A stretch of DNA of 64,000 nucleotides from Malacoraja senta (Eukaryota). The notes beneath the pieces were generated by a model, which was given only the letters and a program-made list of their open reading frames with translations, did not search any database and was not told the DNA's origin. The position numbers and the translations under genes were made by a program. Positions 11,991-23,472 of this stretch are shown here, one piece after another. The stretch is taken from contig CM075996.1 of the NCBI GenBank assembly GCA_038087875.1, forward strand, positions 3,660,001 through 3,724,000. Reading direction: 5' to 3'. Every line of letters starts with the position of its first letter. Position 1 is the stretch's first letter.

Positions 11991-12734
11991 AATGAATGGC
12001 AGAACTACCCTGCCCGTTCCTATTATCTTTGCATTTAACATATCTTCCATTTATTTGTCCTAAATGCCATCTATATCTCTTGTTCCCCTTTCCCCTGCCT
12101 GAAGAAGGGTCTCGCCCCAAAACGTCACCTATTCCTTTTCTCCAGAGATGCTGCCTGATCCGCCGACTGACTCTGGCTTTTTGTGCCTGCCTGCAGCTAA
12201 CGAACCCTGTTTCCTTGTGGCAAGGTTTATCATGAGGATAAAATGAGATGAGTGAACAGGGGCAGATTTGTGTGAAATTAAGAAGAGGATGTTGAAGAAC
12301 AGTGAAGTACACAGGCTTGAGTTAACATTCTTCCTGTCAATAATTTTAGCCAAAATTTCTGAAGGAGTGGGTGTGATTTTTTTCAGCTTATGGAGCATCA
12401 CCTCTTATTACATTGGGTGGGAAGGAGGTTGGTGTGTGAACAGGGAAATGCAACAGCTTGCAGTAACCAGAACTGTTACTATAGTGATGGTGCCAGCTCA
12501 GTGAAATCACAGATGGTTTGAGAAATTTGATTATGTTTCAGAATTTTTATTTTGTATTTGCAAACTCCGAAGGCTGGAGGAAATGGTGGCCAAGGTTCTT
12601 GCCATATTTGTGCGAGCGTCCTACGCCAGCTGTTTCAGGAAGCATTGTCTCACCGACAGAGTGTTCAATCGAACGGCAACATCGGCAGGAACTTTGTGCC
12701 AATGGGCGTGAACGTGGATGGGTTGGCTGGTGGC

Positions 12735-13990
12735 TCTGCAGATGGCACCAAGATTGCTGGGGTCACGGACTGTGAGGAGGGCCGTCAAAGAACCCAGCGG
12801 GATATGGATCGGCTACAGAAACGGGCGGAGAAAGGGCAGATAGAGTTTAATCTGGCCAAGTGTGAGGTGTTGCACTTTGGGAGCTCAAATGAACGGGGGG
12901 AAATATACAATTAATGGCAAGACTGTTAACGGCATTGATGTTCGGTGGTCCAATTCCCTGAAAGTGGCACCACCAGGAAATAGAGTAGCAGAAAATACAT
13001 TTGGTATTCTTGCCTTCATTGGTCGGGTTATTGAGCATAAGAGTCAGGGGGTCATGATGCAGCTTTATAGAACTATGTTTAAGCCACATTTGGAGTATTG
13101 TGTGGATATCTGGCCACCCCGTTACAGGAAAGACGTGGAGGCTTTGGAGAGGGTGCAGATGAGGTTTACATGGATGCTGCCTTGATCAGAAGCTATTTGC
13201 TATAAGGTTGGACAAACTTGGATTGTTTTCTCTGGATCGTCGGAAGCTGAGGGAAGACCTGATCGAAGCACATCAAATTATGAGAGGCACAGATAGGGTA
13301 GACAGTCAGAAGATTTTTCCCAGGATGGAAATATAGAAACATAGAAAATAGGTGCAGGAGGAGGCCATTCGGCCCTTCGAGCCTGCACTGCCATTCAATA
13401 TGATCATGGCTGATCATCCAACTCAGTATCCTGTACCTGCCTTCTCTCCATACCCCCTGATCCCTTTAGCCACAAAGGCCACATCTAACTCCCTCTTAAA
13501 TGTAGCCAATGAACTGGCCTCAACTACCTTCTGTGGCAGAGAATTCAACAGACTCACCACTCTCTGTGTGAAAAAAAAAATTCTCATCTCGGTCCCCCTT
13601 ATTCTTAAACTGTGACCCCTTGTTCTAGACTTCCCCAACATCGGGAACAATCTTCCTGCATCTAGCCTGTCCAACCCCTTAAGAATTTTGTAAGTTTCTA
13701 TAAGATCCCCCCTCAATCTTCTAAATTCTAAATATCAACTACTAGAAGGCATAACATTAAGATGAGAGGGGCAAAAATTAAAAAGAGATGTCGGTGCAAG
13801 TTTTTTTTAATGCAGAGGGTGGTGGGTGCCTGGAACACGATGCGGGAGGTGGTAGTGGAGGCAGATAAGGTAGTTCAGAGACTTTTGCTGAAGGCGCATG
13901 ATGTGCAGGGAATGGATCATGGAGTAGGTCTTGGCATCATGTTCGGCACAGTCAATGTGGGCCAAAGAGCCTATTCTCGAGACGTGTGGT
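12735..13990 (+). mobile_element. CR1 LINE RT/3' fragment
   Basis: ADGTKIAG...QRDMDRL...FNLAKCEVLHFG...PHLEYC..W.P.YRKDVEALERVQ.RFT. Confidence 0.85.
13334..13729 (-). mobile_element. Younger CR1 3' fragment nested antisense in the older CR1
   Basis: RGDLIETYKILKGLDRLDAGRLFPMLG...; (tttctatg) tail; short aaatat duplication at the borders. Confidence 0.85.
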
Positions 13991-14007
13991 TCTATATTTT
14001 ATGTTCG

Positions 14008-14210
14008 AAGATAGACGCAAAAAGCTGGAGTAACTCAGCGGGACAGGCAGCATCTCTGGAGAGAAGGAATGGGTGACGTTTCAGTCTGAAGAAGGGTCTC
14101 GACCCGAAACGTCACCCAGTCCTTCTCTCCAGAGATGCTGCCTGTCCCGCTGAGTTACTCCAGCTTTTTGTGTCTACGGTTTAAACCAGCACCTGCAGTT
14201 CCTTCCTACA
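14008..14210. mobile_element. Palindromic Penelope-derived short element
   Basis: Inverted arm followed by the direct arm; intact hammerhead core at 14086-14113. Confidence 0.75.
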
Positions 14211-14715
14211 TATGTTTTATGTTCTATCTTTTATGAGGTACAAGAGTTAGAGTACTTTAGTCCTGGTTTGGGAACAACAGTGGGAGAGAGACCAAGCTTT
14301 AAATGCAGCCGGCCCAATTTTCTATTCATACGGTTTGAGCGGACAGGACATTATGCATTCATTATTAGGGTCATGACGTCCGTTGCTTGCAGATGCAATA
14401 GTGTGAAATGCAACAGTGGGAATACTTGCTTCAACACTCGTTGGCTGATTTCTTGGCCTGTCATTCCTGAACTAAATCTTCTGGAAATTTCTAATGCAGG
14501 CCGAGGGATCTCAGGAGCTGAGGTTTTATTTTCAGACGTCCGCGGCCAATTTTTCAAACTGTAGAAATATAAAATAAGAATACCAGTGGGCCATTTAGCT
14601 CCTCAAGGCCGTGAAATATGAATAGGAGTAGGCAGCGAGCACAAAATGTTGCTGGAATTTTAGGCCATTGAGGGCTTAAAATCTCAGCGGCTCAGGCAGC
14701 ATCTCTGGAGAACAT

Positions 14716-15040
14716 TGGAGGAAAATGCACCTCATATTCCACTTGGGCAGTCTACATCCTGGGGGCTTGAACATTGAATTCTCCCAATTCTGCTAGCCCT
14801 TGCTGTCCCCTCCCCTTCATCAGCCCTCTGGTTGTCTCCTCCCCTCCCCCAGCCCTCGGGCTCCTCCTCCGCCTTTTTTCCTTTCTTTTCCCCACCCCCT
14901 ATCAGACTGAAGAAGGGTTTCGGCCCGAAACGTTGCCTATTTCCTTCGCTCCATAGATGCTGCTGCACCCGCTGAGTTTCTCCAGCATTTTTGTGTACCT
15001 TCGATTTTCCAGCATCTGCAGTTCCTTCTTTAACACAAAT
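14716..15040 (+). mobile_element. Penelope-like element 3' fragment (GIY-YIG end plus 3' repeat with hammerhead)
   Basis: HLIFHLGSLHPGGLNIEFS; hammerhead core 14907-14934; 14-bp TSD tctctggagaacat (14702-14715 / 15041-15054). Confidence 0.85.
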
Positions 15041-15422
15041 TCTCTGGAGAACATGCCGGGTGGTGAATGTGTGGAATTCATTGCCACAGGAGGTTGTGGA
15101 GGCCAAGTCAATGGATACTTTTTAGGCGAAGATTGAAAGATTCTTGATTAGTACAGGTGTCAGGGGTTGTGGGGTTGAGAGGGAGAGGTGCTGCCGGAGG
15201 AGGTAGTTGAGGCAGGTACAATCGCAACGTTTAAGAAACATTTAGACAGGTACGTGGATTGTTCAGGTTAAGAGGGATATGAGCCAAACGCAGGCAGGTG
15301 GGACTAGTGTAGATGGGCCATGTTGGCCGGTGAGGGGAAGTTGGGTCAAAGGGCCTGTTTCCACGCTGCATGACTCCAAAAAATGGCCATGCAGACAGAA
15401 TTGGGGAAATAGAAATAATAGA

Positions 15423-15736
15423 CGGCGTGGTAGTGCAGCGGTGGAGTTGCTGCCTTATAGCGCCAGAGACACGGGTTCAATCCTGACTACGGGTGCTGTC
15501 TGTACGGAGTTTGTACGTTCTCCCCGTGACTTGCGTGGGTTTTCTCCAGGTGCTCCGGTTTCCTCCTGCACTCCAAAGGCGTACAGGTTTGTAGGTTAAT
15601 TGGCTTGGTAAATTTACAAATTGTAAATTGTCCCAATTGTGTAGGATAGTGTTAGTGTGCGGGGATCGCTGGTCAGCGCGGACTCGGTGGGCCGAAGGGC
15701 CTGTTTCCGCGTTGTGTCTCTAGACTAAAACTAAAC
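15423..15736 (+). mobile_element. V-SINE (HE1-like)
   Basis: tRNA head, core GGTGCTGTCTGTACGGAGTTTGTACGTTCTCCCCGTG, CR1-like tail. Confidence 0.85.
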
Positions 15737-16370
15737 GAGATTGGGCAGACTTTGATCTTTGTTCTTCGACCCGTGCGTTATTGAGTACATGTCAAGTCGG
15801 TTTATTTGTTTGAAGTTGCGTTCAATACCTGGCTTTGTTGATGGACTTCACCTTGTGCCGTATTGAACCCCAATCCGCAGAGGAGTGAGTTGTTAAAGTT
15901 GTGGTTTGATTCCTGCAGAGTTCTGCCGTAATCATTGTGGCTGCCTTGTTCACACTCGGGCTGAGGTTATCGTGCAACTGCCATGCCATTTGGTTTTATT
16001 ACCGATGTTAAAAGTGGCCAGATTTATATTGTGTAACTCCCAGTCGAAGTGCCATAAGCGACTGGGAGCTGCAGAAGGCTTGCGCTGCGCAGGATATATT
16101 TACTGGTGAGTCAGGAGTGGAGCAGACACTGGGATTCGGAAAATCTTGGCTCCCGCCCAGTACCAGCTGGATCTGCACCAGTTCCAGTCCGCTAACCGTC
16201 AAAGCATTAGTGCGACCTCAGCTGGGAGAGGGGGCCCAAGGGAAGGAGAGAACCGGGGGGTCAGGTGTCACCCAGGGGTTTGTGGGTGGAGACCACTTTC
16301 ACCACCTCCCCCATTCTTGCCACTTCCAGCCCAATCACAGTGCGGGGGCTGAGGAAGCGCTGTGCTGCCA

Positions 16371-16570
16371 NNNNNNNNNNNNNNNNNNNNNNNNNNNNNN
16401 NNNNNNNNNNNNNNNNNNNNNNNNNNNNNNNNNNNNNNNNNNNNNNNNNNNNNNNNNNNNNNNNNNNNNNNNNNNNNNNNNNNNNNNNNNNNNNNNNNNN
16501 NNNNNNNNNNNNNNNNNNNNNNNNNNNNNNNNNNNNNNNNNNNNNNNNNNNNNNNNNNNNNNNNNNNNNN
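16371..16570. other. Assembly gap (200 N)
   Basis: Run of n. Confidence 1.
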
Positions 16571-17149
16571 CATTTATAGACACGAAATGCTGGAGTAACT
16601 CAGCGGGACAGGCAGCATCTCTGGAGAGAAGGAATGGGTAACGTTTCTGGTCGAGACCCTTCTTCAGATGCTGACTCCTAACCCCTGACTCCCATATTAA
16701 TCTGGCATCTGTCCATCTCCGCCTTAAAGATATCCATTGCTTTTGCCTCCAAAGCCGTCTATGGCAATGAACTCCACAGGTTCTACTTCTTATTAGTGAG
16801 GCAAAGCATTGAGAGTTTTCGGGTGACGCTTCATCACCCATTCCTTCCATCCAGAGATGCTGCTTGTCCCGCTGAGTTACTCCAGCATTTTGGGTCTACC
16901 TTCGGTGTAAACCAGCATCTGCAGTTCCTTCCTACACATACTTGATCATTTACTGTATTGCTTTTCCCGACATGACATCCATGTCTGATGAAGTGAGTTG
17001 AGGCATTAACTCTTCTTCTTTCCACGGAGGCTGCCTAATCTGCGGAGTGGTTTTCGCAGGTTTTTATTTTCCTGTTTTATTTCAGATATACCATCACCTG
17101 CGGTTTCTTGCTTTTCATAAAATGTATGCCGCTGGGCATGAAAGTGGCA

Positions 17150-17555
17150 AAAGTCCCACCAGCATGCGGCTGCATGCGGCGAGCGCGACCAAACTGGAAG
17201 CGGGGGCCGCGCGGAGGTCGAGTGATTGACGTGAAGTTCGAGCGAAGTCCGCAGGAGGTTCGCGCGTGCCGTACGGCGTCGAGACGCTGCGTACGGCGTC
17301 GAGGCGGTGTGTGCAGCGTCGAGGCGGTGTGCGTTTGGCCTCCATGCGGCAGCGGGCCGGCAGGCCTTTGCCGCACGGAATTTTTGAACACTGTCAGTTT
17401 TTCGGAACCCCGCGCGATGTCGGGGCCAACTCTGCACAACTCCATGCAGCTCCCGCGATCGAAGTGGGACCGGCCCCGCGAGGCCGCATGGCTAGCGCGA
17501 CCACGTTAGGTCACGCTTGCCGCATGCAGTCGCATGCTCGTGGGACAGGACCTTA
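17150..17555. mobile_element. Harbinger-like MITE family C, left end degenerate
   Basis: Right end GTGGGACAGGACCTTAA; ~40-bp subterminal inverted repeat (gtcccaccagcatgcggctgcatgcggc / gccgcatgcagtcgcatgctcgtgggac); CpG-rich. Confidence 0.6.
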
Positions 17556-18084
17556 ACATACGTCAAAATGTCTACGTCGTGATCGGGGCTGTGAATCTCT
17601 TGCACCCATTTTGTGTGCCTTCGAAGGCCAGTTTCATCCTCTGTCAGGCTAATGTACAATTGATAGCTCTGAACATATTAAAATAATGAGTTATAAGATG
17701 ATTTTAGTTCTGCCAGAGTCCCTGGGGTTTGGCAGGTTTAGACTGGGTAACATGAAAAGCTATTGCCATCAGCAAATGTTTCAAAGAACTTTTAGCAAAC
17801 TTCTAAGACGAAGGGCTAAGGACCTTGGCGTGTGAAGAAACTATTTAGTAGGCGGTGGGTGTGTTATCATCTGGAATGCACTGGCAGAAATTGCCGGGGA
17901 TACAGATTCAAACATGGGCTTCAAAAAGGAAATAGATTGATTGAATTGATTGAAAGATACCACATGGGAGCAGGCCCTTCGGCCCACCAAGTCCACACCG
18001 GCCATCGATCACCAGTTCACACTAGTTCTATATTATTGCACTGTTGCATCCGCTCCCTGCAAATTAGGGGCATTCTTTAACAGA

Positions 18085-18270
18085 GGGCCAATTAACCTAC
18101 AAGCCCCACGGGTCTTTGGGATGTAGGAGGAAACTGGAACACCCGGAGGAAACCCACGCGTCACAGGGAGAACGTGCAAACTCCACACAGACAGCACCCA
18201 AGGTCAGGATCGAACCGGGATCTGTGGTGCTGTGAGGCAGCAGCTCTACCCGCTGCGCCACTGTGCCACC
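18085..18270 (-). mobile_element. V-SINE (HE1-like)
   Basis: Reverse complement of the tRNA head and V core. Confidence 0.75.
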
Positions 18271-18519
18271 ACAAATTGTGTGAAGTTGAGAGAAGCGTAG
18301 TGCTATGAGGACAGAGTGCGGAAAAGGGATTACAGGGCAGCATCTCCGGAGAGAAGGAATGCGTGACATTTCTCATCAGAGGTGCTGCCTGACCCGCAAA
18401 GTTGTTCCGGCATCTATGGAGTAAACCGGCACCTGCAGTTCCTTCCAACACAGCGATTGACTGGGTATTTATATAAAGTGCTCATACAGACTCAATGGGC
18501 AAGCGGTCTCATTCCTACT

Positions 18520-19370
18520 GTAAACTCAGCGAACATTTCGTCAGACACTTAAAGGCCTGTCTCACGAGTCTGCGGTCATTGGCGGCGAAACAGGAAGAAT
18601 CTACCGCTCCTGGGCCGCCATAGACCGCGCACTCGGTCAAACGCACAATTCCGGGGCCGTGCGGCGTTGTTCCCAACACCGCACGGTGCTAAAATAAAAC
18701 CAACACTGTTCAAAAATATGTCCCTACCGCACAGTCTCCGCCAGTGAGGCACGAGTGCGGCACGGCTGCCGCCACAGCCGCCGCCAGTGAGGCACGAGTG
18801 CGGCACGGCCGCCGCCACAGCCGCCGCCAGTGTGGCACGAGCGCCGTGCGTCGAACTTGCATCGCCACAGCCTCCGCCAGTGAGGCACGACCGCCGGCAC
18901 GGCCGCCGCCACACCCACCGCTACAGTGCCGCGATCAGGACGGCCGCCGCCACAGCCCCGCAGATCCAAAATGACGTCATCGCAGTCGGCCAGCCCTTTT
19001 TTTAAACTTACCGCAAGCTCGTGGGACCCGCCGTATTTAAATCACTCGGCCCCCGCGCAGCATCCGTGCGGCGCTCCCGTGGCATAGGCTCGGCGCTCTC
19101 GCCGTTGCCGTGCGGTCCCCCTCTACAGGCGAAGCCGCGCTTCACCGCCGATGACCGCAACACCGTAAGACAGAGCCTTTACACTCGGTCTGCCAAGGTC
19201 TGCTGCAGCAAATGGTTGCCAGCCGTTTTTCCACTACCTTTCTCATTCCCACACTAACCTTTCTATCCTTGGCCTCCTTCATTGCCAGAGTGAGGCCACG
19301 CGCAAACTGGAGGGACTGCATTTAATATTCTACTTGGGTAGCTTGCAACCCAATGATATGAACATTGGTA
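18520..19370 (+). mobile_element. Old Penelope GIY-YIG fragment split by MITE D1
   Basis: KLSEHFVRHL|HSVCQG...SILGLLHCQSEATRKLEGLHLIFYLGSLQPNDMNI aligns with the 57421-57757 protein. Confidence 0.7.
18552..19178 (+). mobile_element. PIF/Harbinger-like MITE family D (GC-rich), copy 1
   Basis: Termini AAGGCCTGTCTCACG...CGTAAGACAGAGCCT; TTA duplication (18549-18551 / 19179-19181); removing it restores the reading frame of the host Penelope fragment (HL|HSV). Confidence 0.85.
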
Positions 19371-19744
19371 ACCCCCCCCCCCCAACCCCTTCCCCCTCTC
19401 TTTCCCTCTACACCCCATCTCAATGCGCACACATTTCTCCCACCAATTGGCCTCTGTATATTCACCCTAGTGTGGATGGAGTGCATGTGAAAGTGGGATA
19501 GAACTATCGTGCACAGGTGATCGATGGTCGGCGTAGACCCGATGGGCTGAAGGGCCTGTTTCCATGCTGCATCTTTCAATCAACCAATTGGTGAAGACAT
19601 TACAGGTTTAAAAGGAACAAAGGCTAAGTGATTAATGTTAGTTGGGAGAAACCAAAGGAAACGGGGGGGATGGAAAAATCAAAGGCAATGATTTCATTTA
19701 TTTATTTAGCGTTTTGCATTTCATTTAGCATTTCGTAATTTATT

Positions 19745-20398
19745 TAGCATTATTATTTCAAGAGGGCTTGTATACAAAAACAGGGATGTAATGTTGAGGC
19801 TCTACAAGGCGCTGGTCAGGCCGAATTGGGAGTATTGCGAGCAATTTTGGGCACCAAATCTGAGGAAGGATGTGCTGGCTCTGGAGAGGGTCCAGAGGAG
19901 GTTTACAAGTATGATCCCAGGAATGAGTGGGAGTGGGTCAACAGCACTGGGCCTGTACTTGCTGGAGTTTAGGAGAATGATGGGAGGAGGAGGAGGGGGG
20001 GGGGGGGGTCCTCATTGAAACGTGACGAATAGTGAAAGGCTTGGATAGAGTGGATGTGGGGAGGATGTTTCCACTAGTGGGAGAGTCTAGGACTCGAGGT
20101 CACAACCTCAGAATTAAAGGACGTACCTTTAGGAAGGAGATGAGGAGGAATTTCTTTAGTCAGTGGGTGGTGAATCTGTGGAATTCTTTGCCACAGAAGG
20201 CTGTGGCGGCCAAACAATGGATATTTTTAAGGCAGAGATAGATAGATTCTTGATTAGTACGGGTGTCAGGGGTTATGGGGAGAAGGACAGAAGAATGGGG
20301 TTGAGGAAGGAGAGATAGAAAGATAGCCACGATTGAAAGGCAGAGTAGACTTGATGGGCCGAATGGTCTAATTCTGCTCCTATCACTTCTGACCTAAT
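19745..20398 (+). mobile_element. CR1 LINE 3' fragment ending ~90 bp upstream of the exon
   Basis: LRLYKALVRP..EYC.QFWAP.LRKDVLALERVQRRFT...KGLDRVDV.RMFPLVGESRTRGH. Confidence 0.88.
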
Positions 20399-20460
20399 GA
20401 TGGGGGTCAGAAAATGACCGAGTGTAACAGAAAACAATGATTAATGCCAGTTTGTTGCAA

Positions 20461-20486
20461 TAACTCTGCTCTGGTTTGTGTTGTAG
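20461..20486 (+). promoter_or_regulatory. 3' splice acceptor of the GRIN2B exon
   Basis: taactctgctctggtttgtgttgtag directly precedes the in-frame GAC GAC TCA TCG ATG. Confidence 0.9.
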
Positions 20487-21085
20487 GACGACTCATCGAT
20501 GTTCTTCCAATTTGGCCCGTCCATTGAGCAGCAAGCCTCAGTAATGCTGAACGTTATGGAGGAGTACGACTGGTATATTTTTTCCATTGTAACAAGTTAC
20601 TTCCCGGGGTACCAGGAGTTTGTCAATAAGATCAGAAGCACCATTGAGAACAGCTTTGTCGGTTGGGAGATGGAGGAGGTGATGTCTCTGGACGTTTCCA
20701 TGGATGACGGCGAGGTTAAGATCCAGAACCAGCTGAAGAAGCTCCAGAGCCCAGTCATCCTCCTGTTTTGCACTAAGGACGAGGCCACTTACATTTTCCA
20801 AGTGGCCGAGTCCGTCGGCCTGACGGGCTATGGTTACATCTGGATCGTGCCGAGCACTGTGACCGGGAACACCGACATCATCCTGCCAGAGTTCCCAACG
20901 GGATTAATTTCCGTCTCCCACGACGAGTGGGATTATGGGCTCCCGGCCCGCGTCAGGGACGGAGTCGCCATCATCACCACGGCGGCTTCGAGCATGTTGG
21001 ACGAGCGGCGGGAGATCATGGAGCCCAAAACCAGCTGCTACAGCGTGCAGGAAAGAAGGGCTCATCAATCAAACACTTTGCACAG
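20487..21085 (+). CDS. GRIN2B: Internal coding exon of glutamate receptor ionotropic NMDA 2B (GluN2B), amino-terminal domain
   Basis: Reads [61 protein letters not shown]...[12 protein letters not shown]...GLTGYGY...[25 protein letters not shown]...QSNTLHR, matching GluN2B as I recall it ([35 protein letters not shown]...). Acceptor ttgtag|GAC, donor CACAG|gtaagg; 599 bp, phase 0 in, phase 2 out. The ORF-track Met at 20499 is internal. Confidence 0.96.
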
Positions 21086-21091
21086 GTAAGG
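21086..21091 (+). promoter_or_regulatory. 5' splice donor of the GRIN2B exon
   Basis: AG|gtaagg at the point where protein similarity ends (...TLHR). Confidence 0.9.
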
Positions 21092-21127
21092 CGTGATTCG
21101 GAACTTCTCACCATTGAATTGCAGCTT

Positions 21128-21263
21128 CTTCTTCTGCTTCTTGCGTATGGCGCGCACAGCCCAAAGTTGAGGTCCACTTGTTGTATTTGATCTTGTTTGA
21201 TTGTGCACGTCGGGTTGATTGCATTCGTTGAAACAGGTGAAGGTTGCAATCTCCCCACCCCCC
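21128..21263 (-). mobile_element. Short 5'-truncated retroposon, Vingi/Ingi-like 3' tail
   Basis: Minus strand ends GCCATACGCAAGAAGCAGAAGAAG; 12-bp TSD gaattgcagctt (21116-21127 / 21264-21275). Family assignment from recalled tail motif only. Confidence 0.6.
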
Positions 21264-23472
21264 GAATTGCAGCTTGGCATAATATATATACATATATATA
21301 TATATATAAAAAATATCAGCGCTCTGTCCACACTGTGTGGAAATAACACCAATGAACCGTTCATAAAACATCATGAAATGATTGCGTAAAATATGTATTT
21401 ACTGTACTTGTCTGTTTATTGGTATGCATTGAAATGTGTCGCTGGTTATTCACTGACGTTGTAACGCAGACTAAGTTACAAGGTAGCCCTCGGACTTGAG
21501 TGGTGTTGGGTATCAGTGGATGTCTGGCACAGTGCATGGTGCCACGCCTACTGGCTGTGGGTGAACTGCACCAGGAGGTCTATTCAGTATTACAACCGGG
21601 ATCTTCCACGGTAGAAGGCTAATCCTGTTATCACCACGTCTCATTACGATAAGGAAATAAATGGCATGGGAGGACCTACTTTTGCTCCACCGTCTAAAAC
21701 CAAACACTATCGATCTTATTCCTTCAACTAGAACCTGCTGAAATCTGCTGAAAAGTTTGCTGCAACTGAGACAGGTTAGAGAATGAGGATGTGCATTTGT
21801 AGTATGGCTCCAGTAATAATTCTAAACAGTTTGCGTCGGTGCATACTCTACATCAAACAAGTAGTTCTAGTCGTGTTTCTGTATCCTTTCAGTCCCTTTC
21901 CTCATCCACTTATCCAATCTAATCTTCATTGTTGACTTTGCTTCTGTCTGGAGTGGATTCGCATCTCTCTGAGCAAAGACATTATCCTGCCCTTGGGTTT
22001 AACATGCTTACATTTAATCTTGTACCAATGGACTGCAGGTATCGACCCCCTCAATTAATCCTCCTAATCTGACTCATCCTTTCATGCTTTTAAACATTTA
22101 CAGCAATATTCAATTGATAGCCTGCAATGTTCTCGTAAAGCCTGACTCCATGTTGCAAGTCTCTCTTTATATTTGATGTTTCTTGAGGTGGCAGGGACAT
22201 TGGGACTGGTTTGTGCTCTCTCTGAACTGCGCCCAATACTACTGGCCCCAAACTGGCCCAAAACCAGCAACAAAGTGAAAAGGTTTTTATTAAATTATGT
22301 TGTAGAATGTACATCATTTTTCCCCTTGTTCTTTGGGACACAAATGGTAAGAAATAGCCAAGACTGAATTACTCGTCTAAATAATTGGTTTCATTAACCT
22401 TATAATATGACGGTTTGCAGGTAATGTTGCAGGTTATCTTATCTGTGAGCACAGGTCAGAAGCAAGGCGTGAATCCATTCACCTTGTGAGAATTGTTGAG
22501 GTCTACTGTAAATTGCCTCTGTAAGGAGGCTAGATTTTATACATCTTCACTACTGGTGGAACATGTTATTTAAAGTATTGTATTCCCTCATTATTTGAGA
22601 CGTGAGTTTCCTTCATTGTTGTTTATTTTATATCAGATAACTTTTCTAAGTCTGATGTATCTTGAAAACAGCAGTTAATGTGTTTTAAGTCTTAAGCAGT
22701 AACTTCATCCATGAAGCCTTGCAAATGTGGTCAAATTTAACAGTTGTCAAACACACATTGTGAGTTTGGTCAAACCTAAATTCCTTCGTTAACCAAGTTC
22801 TGATCTTCTAAAAACCTCCAGGGCTACAAACTGGCGTTGAAACTTCATTTTCCATTGGCCAGATTCTTATGCAGACTCGTCATTGGCAATCACAGTATTG
22901 AGAACAGATTCTAAAAGAATATTGCAAAAATATATTTCTTATGGTTTGTTCCATTTGTTGTTGAAAGCGTTAATATTCCTGCAAAGTGATTATCAATGCA
23001 GATGAAACTGCCGGCAGCTTCAACTAGTTTCACTGAGAGAAAATTATTACCAGCGTCCAATTCTGAAATGTGAACAAAACTGGTCAGAAAGGTCCAGTGG
23101 GATTTGTGAAGAGAGAAAGGGCAAATGTTTTGTTTCAATGGCGTTTCATCAAAACTTTAGCCCAGCAACTCAAAAGTGTAACAAAACATTGCTGGTAACA
23201 ATGGCTGTGCGGGGCGCTGATTTTACACGGTTGAATAAGCTAATACTTTACTAAGTGCAAATCCTGCTCTTTGTAGATGACAATGCAAATGTTCAGGTCA
23301 TTTTTTTTTGGTACAAAGAAACGAAATTGGGTGGTTCACGCTCTGGTAAGAACAAGCAGAATGTTACATCAAGTGTGTAGTCGAATGGTAGCTGCTCCTG
23401 TAATCTCAAACTATGTGTGTGTAATGAATTTTGCAATATTTAAATCGACATTGAAGACACAAGTGTAATATA

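Noticed and set aside
16117..16850. ORFs spanning the N run
   Set aside because: Artefacts of the assembly gap; sequence on the two sides may not be contiguous.
21315..21340. REST/RE1 site (also half matches near 4325-4340 and 4885-4900)
   Set aside because: Only half of the RE1 consensus matches at each place.
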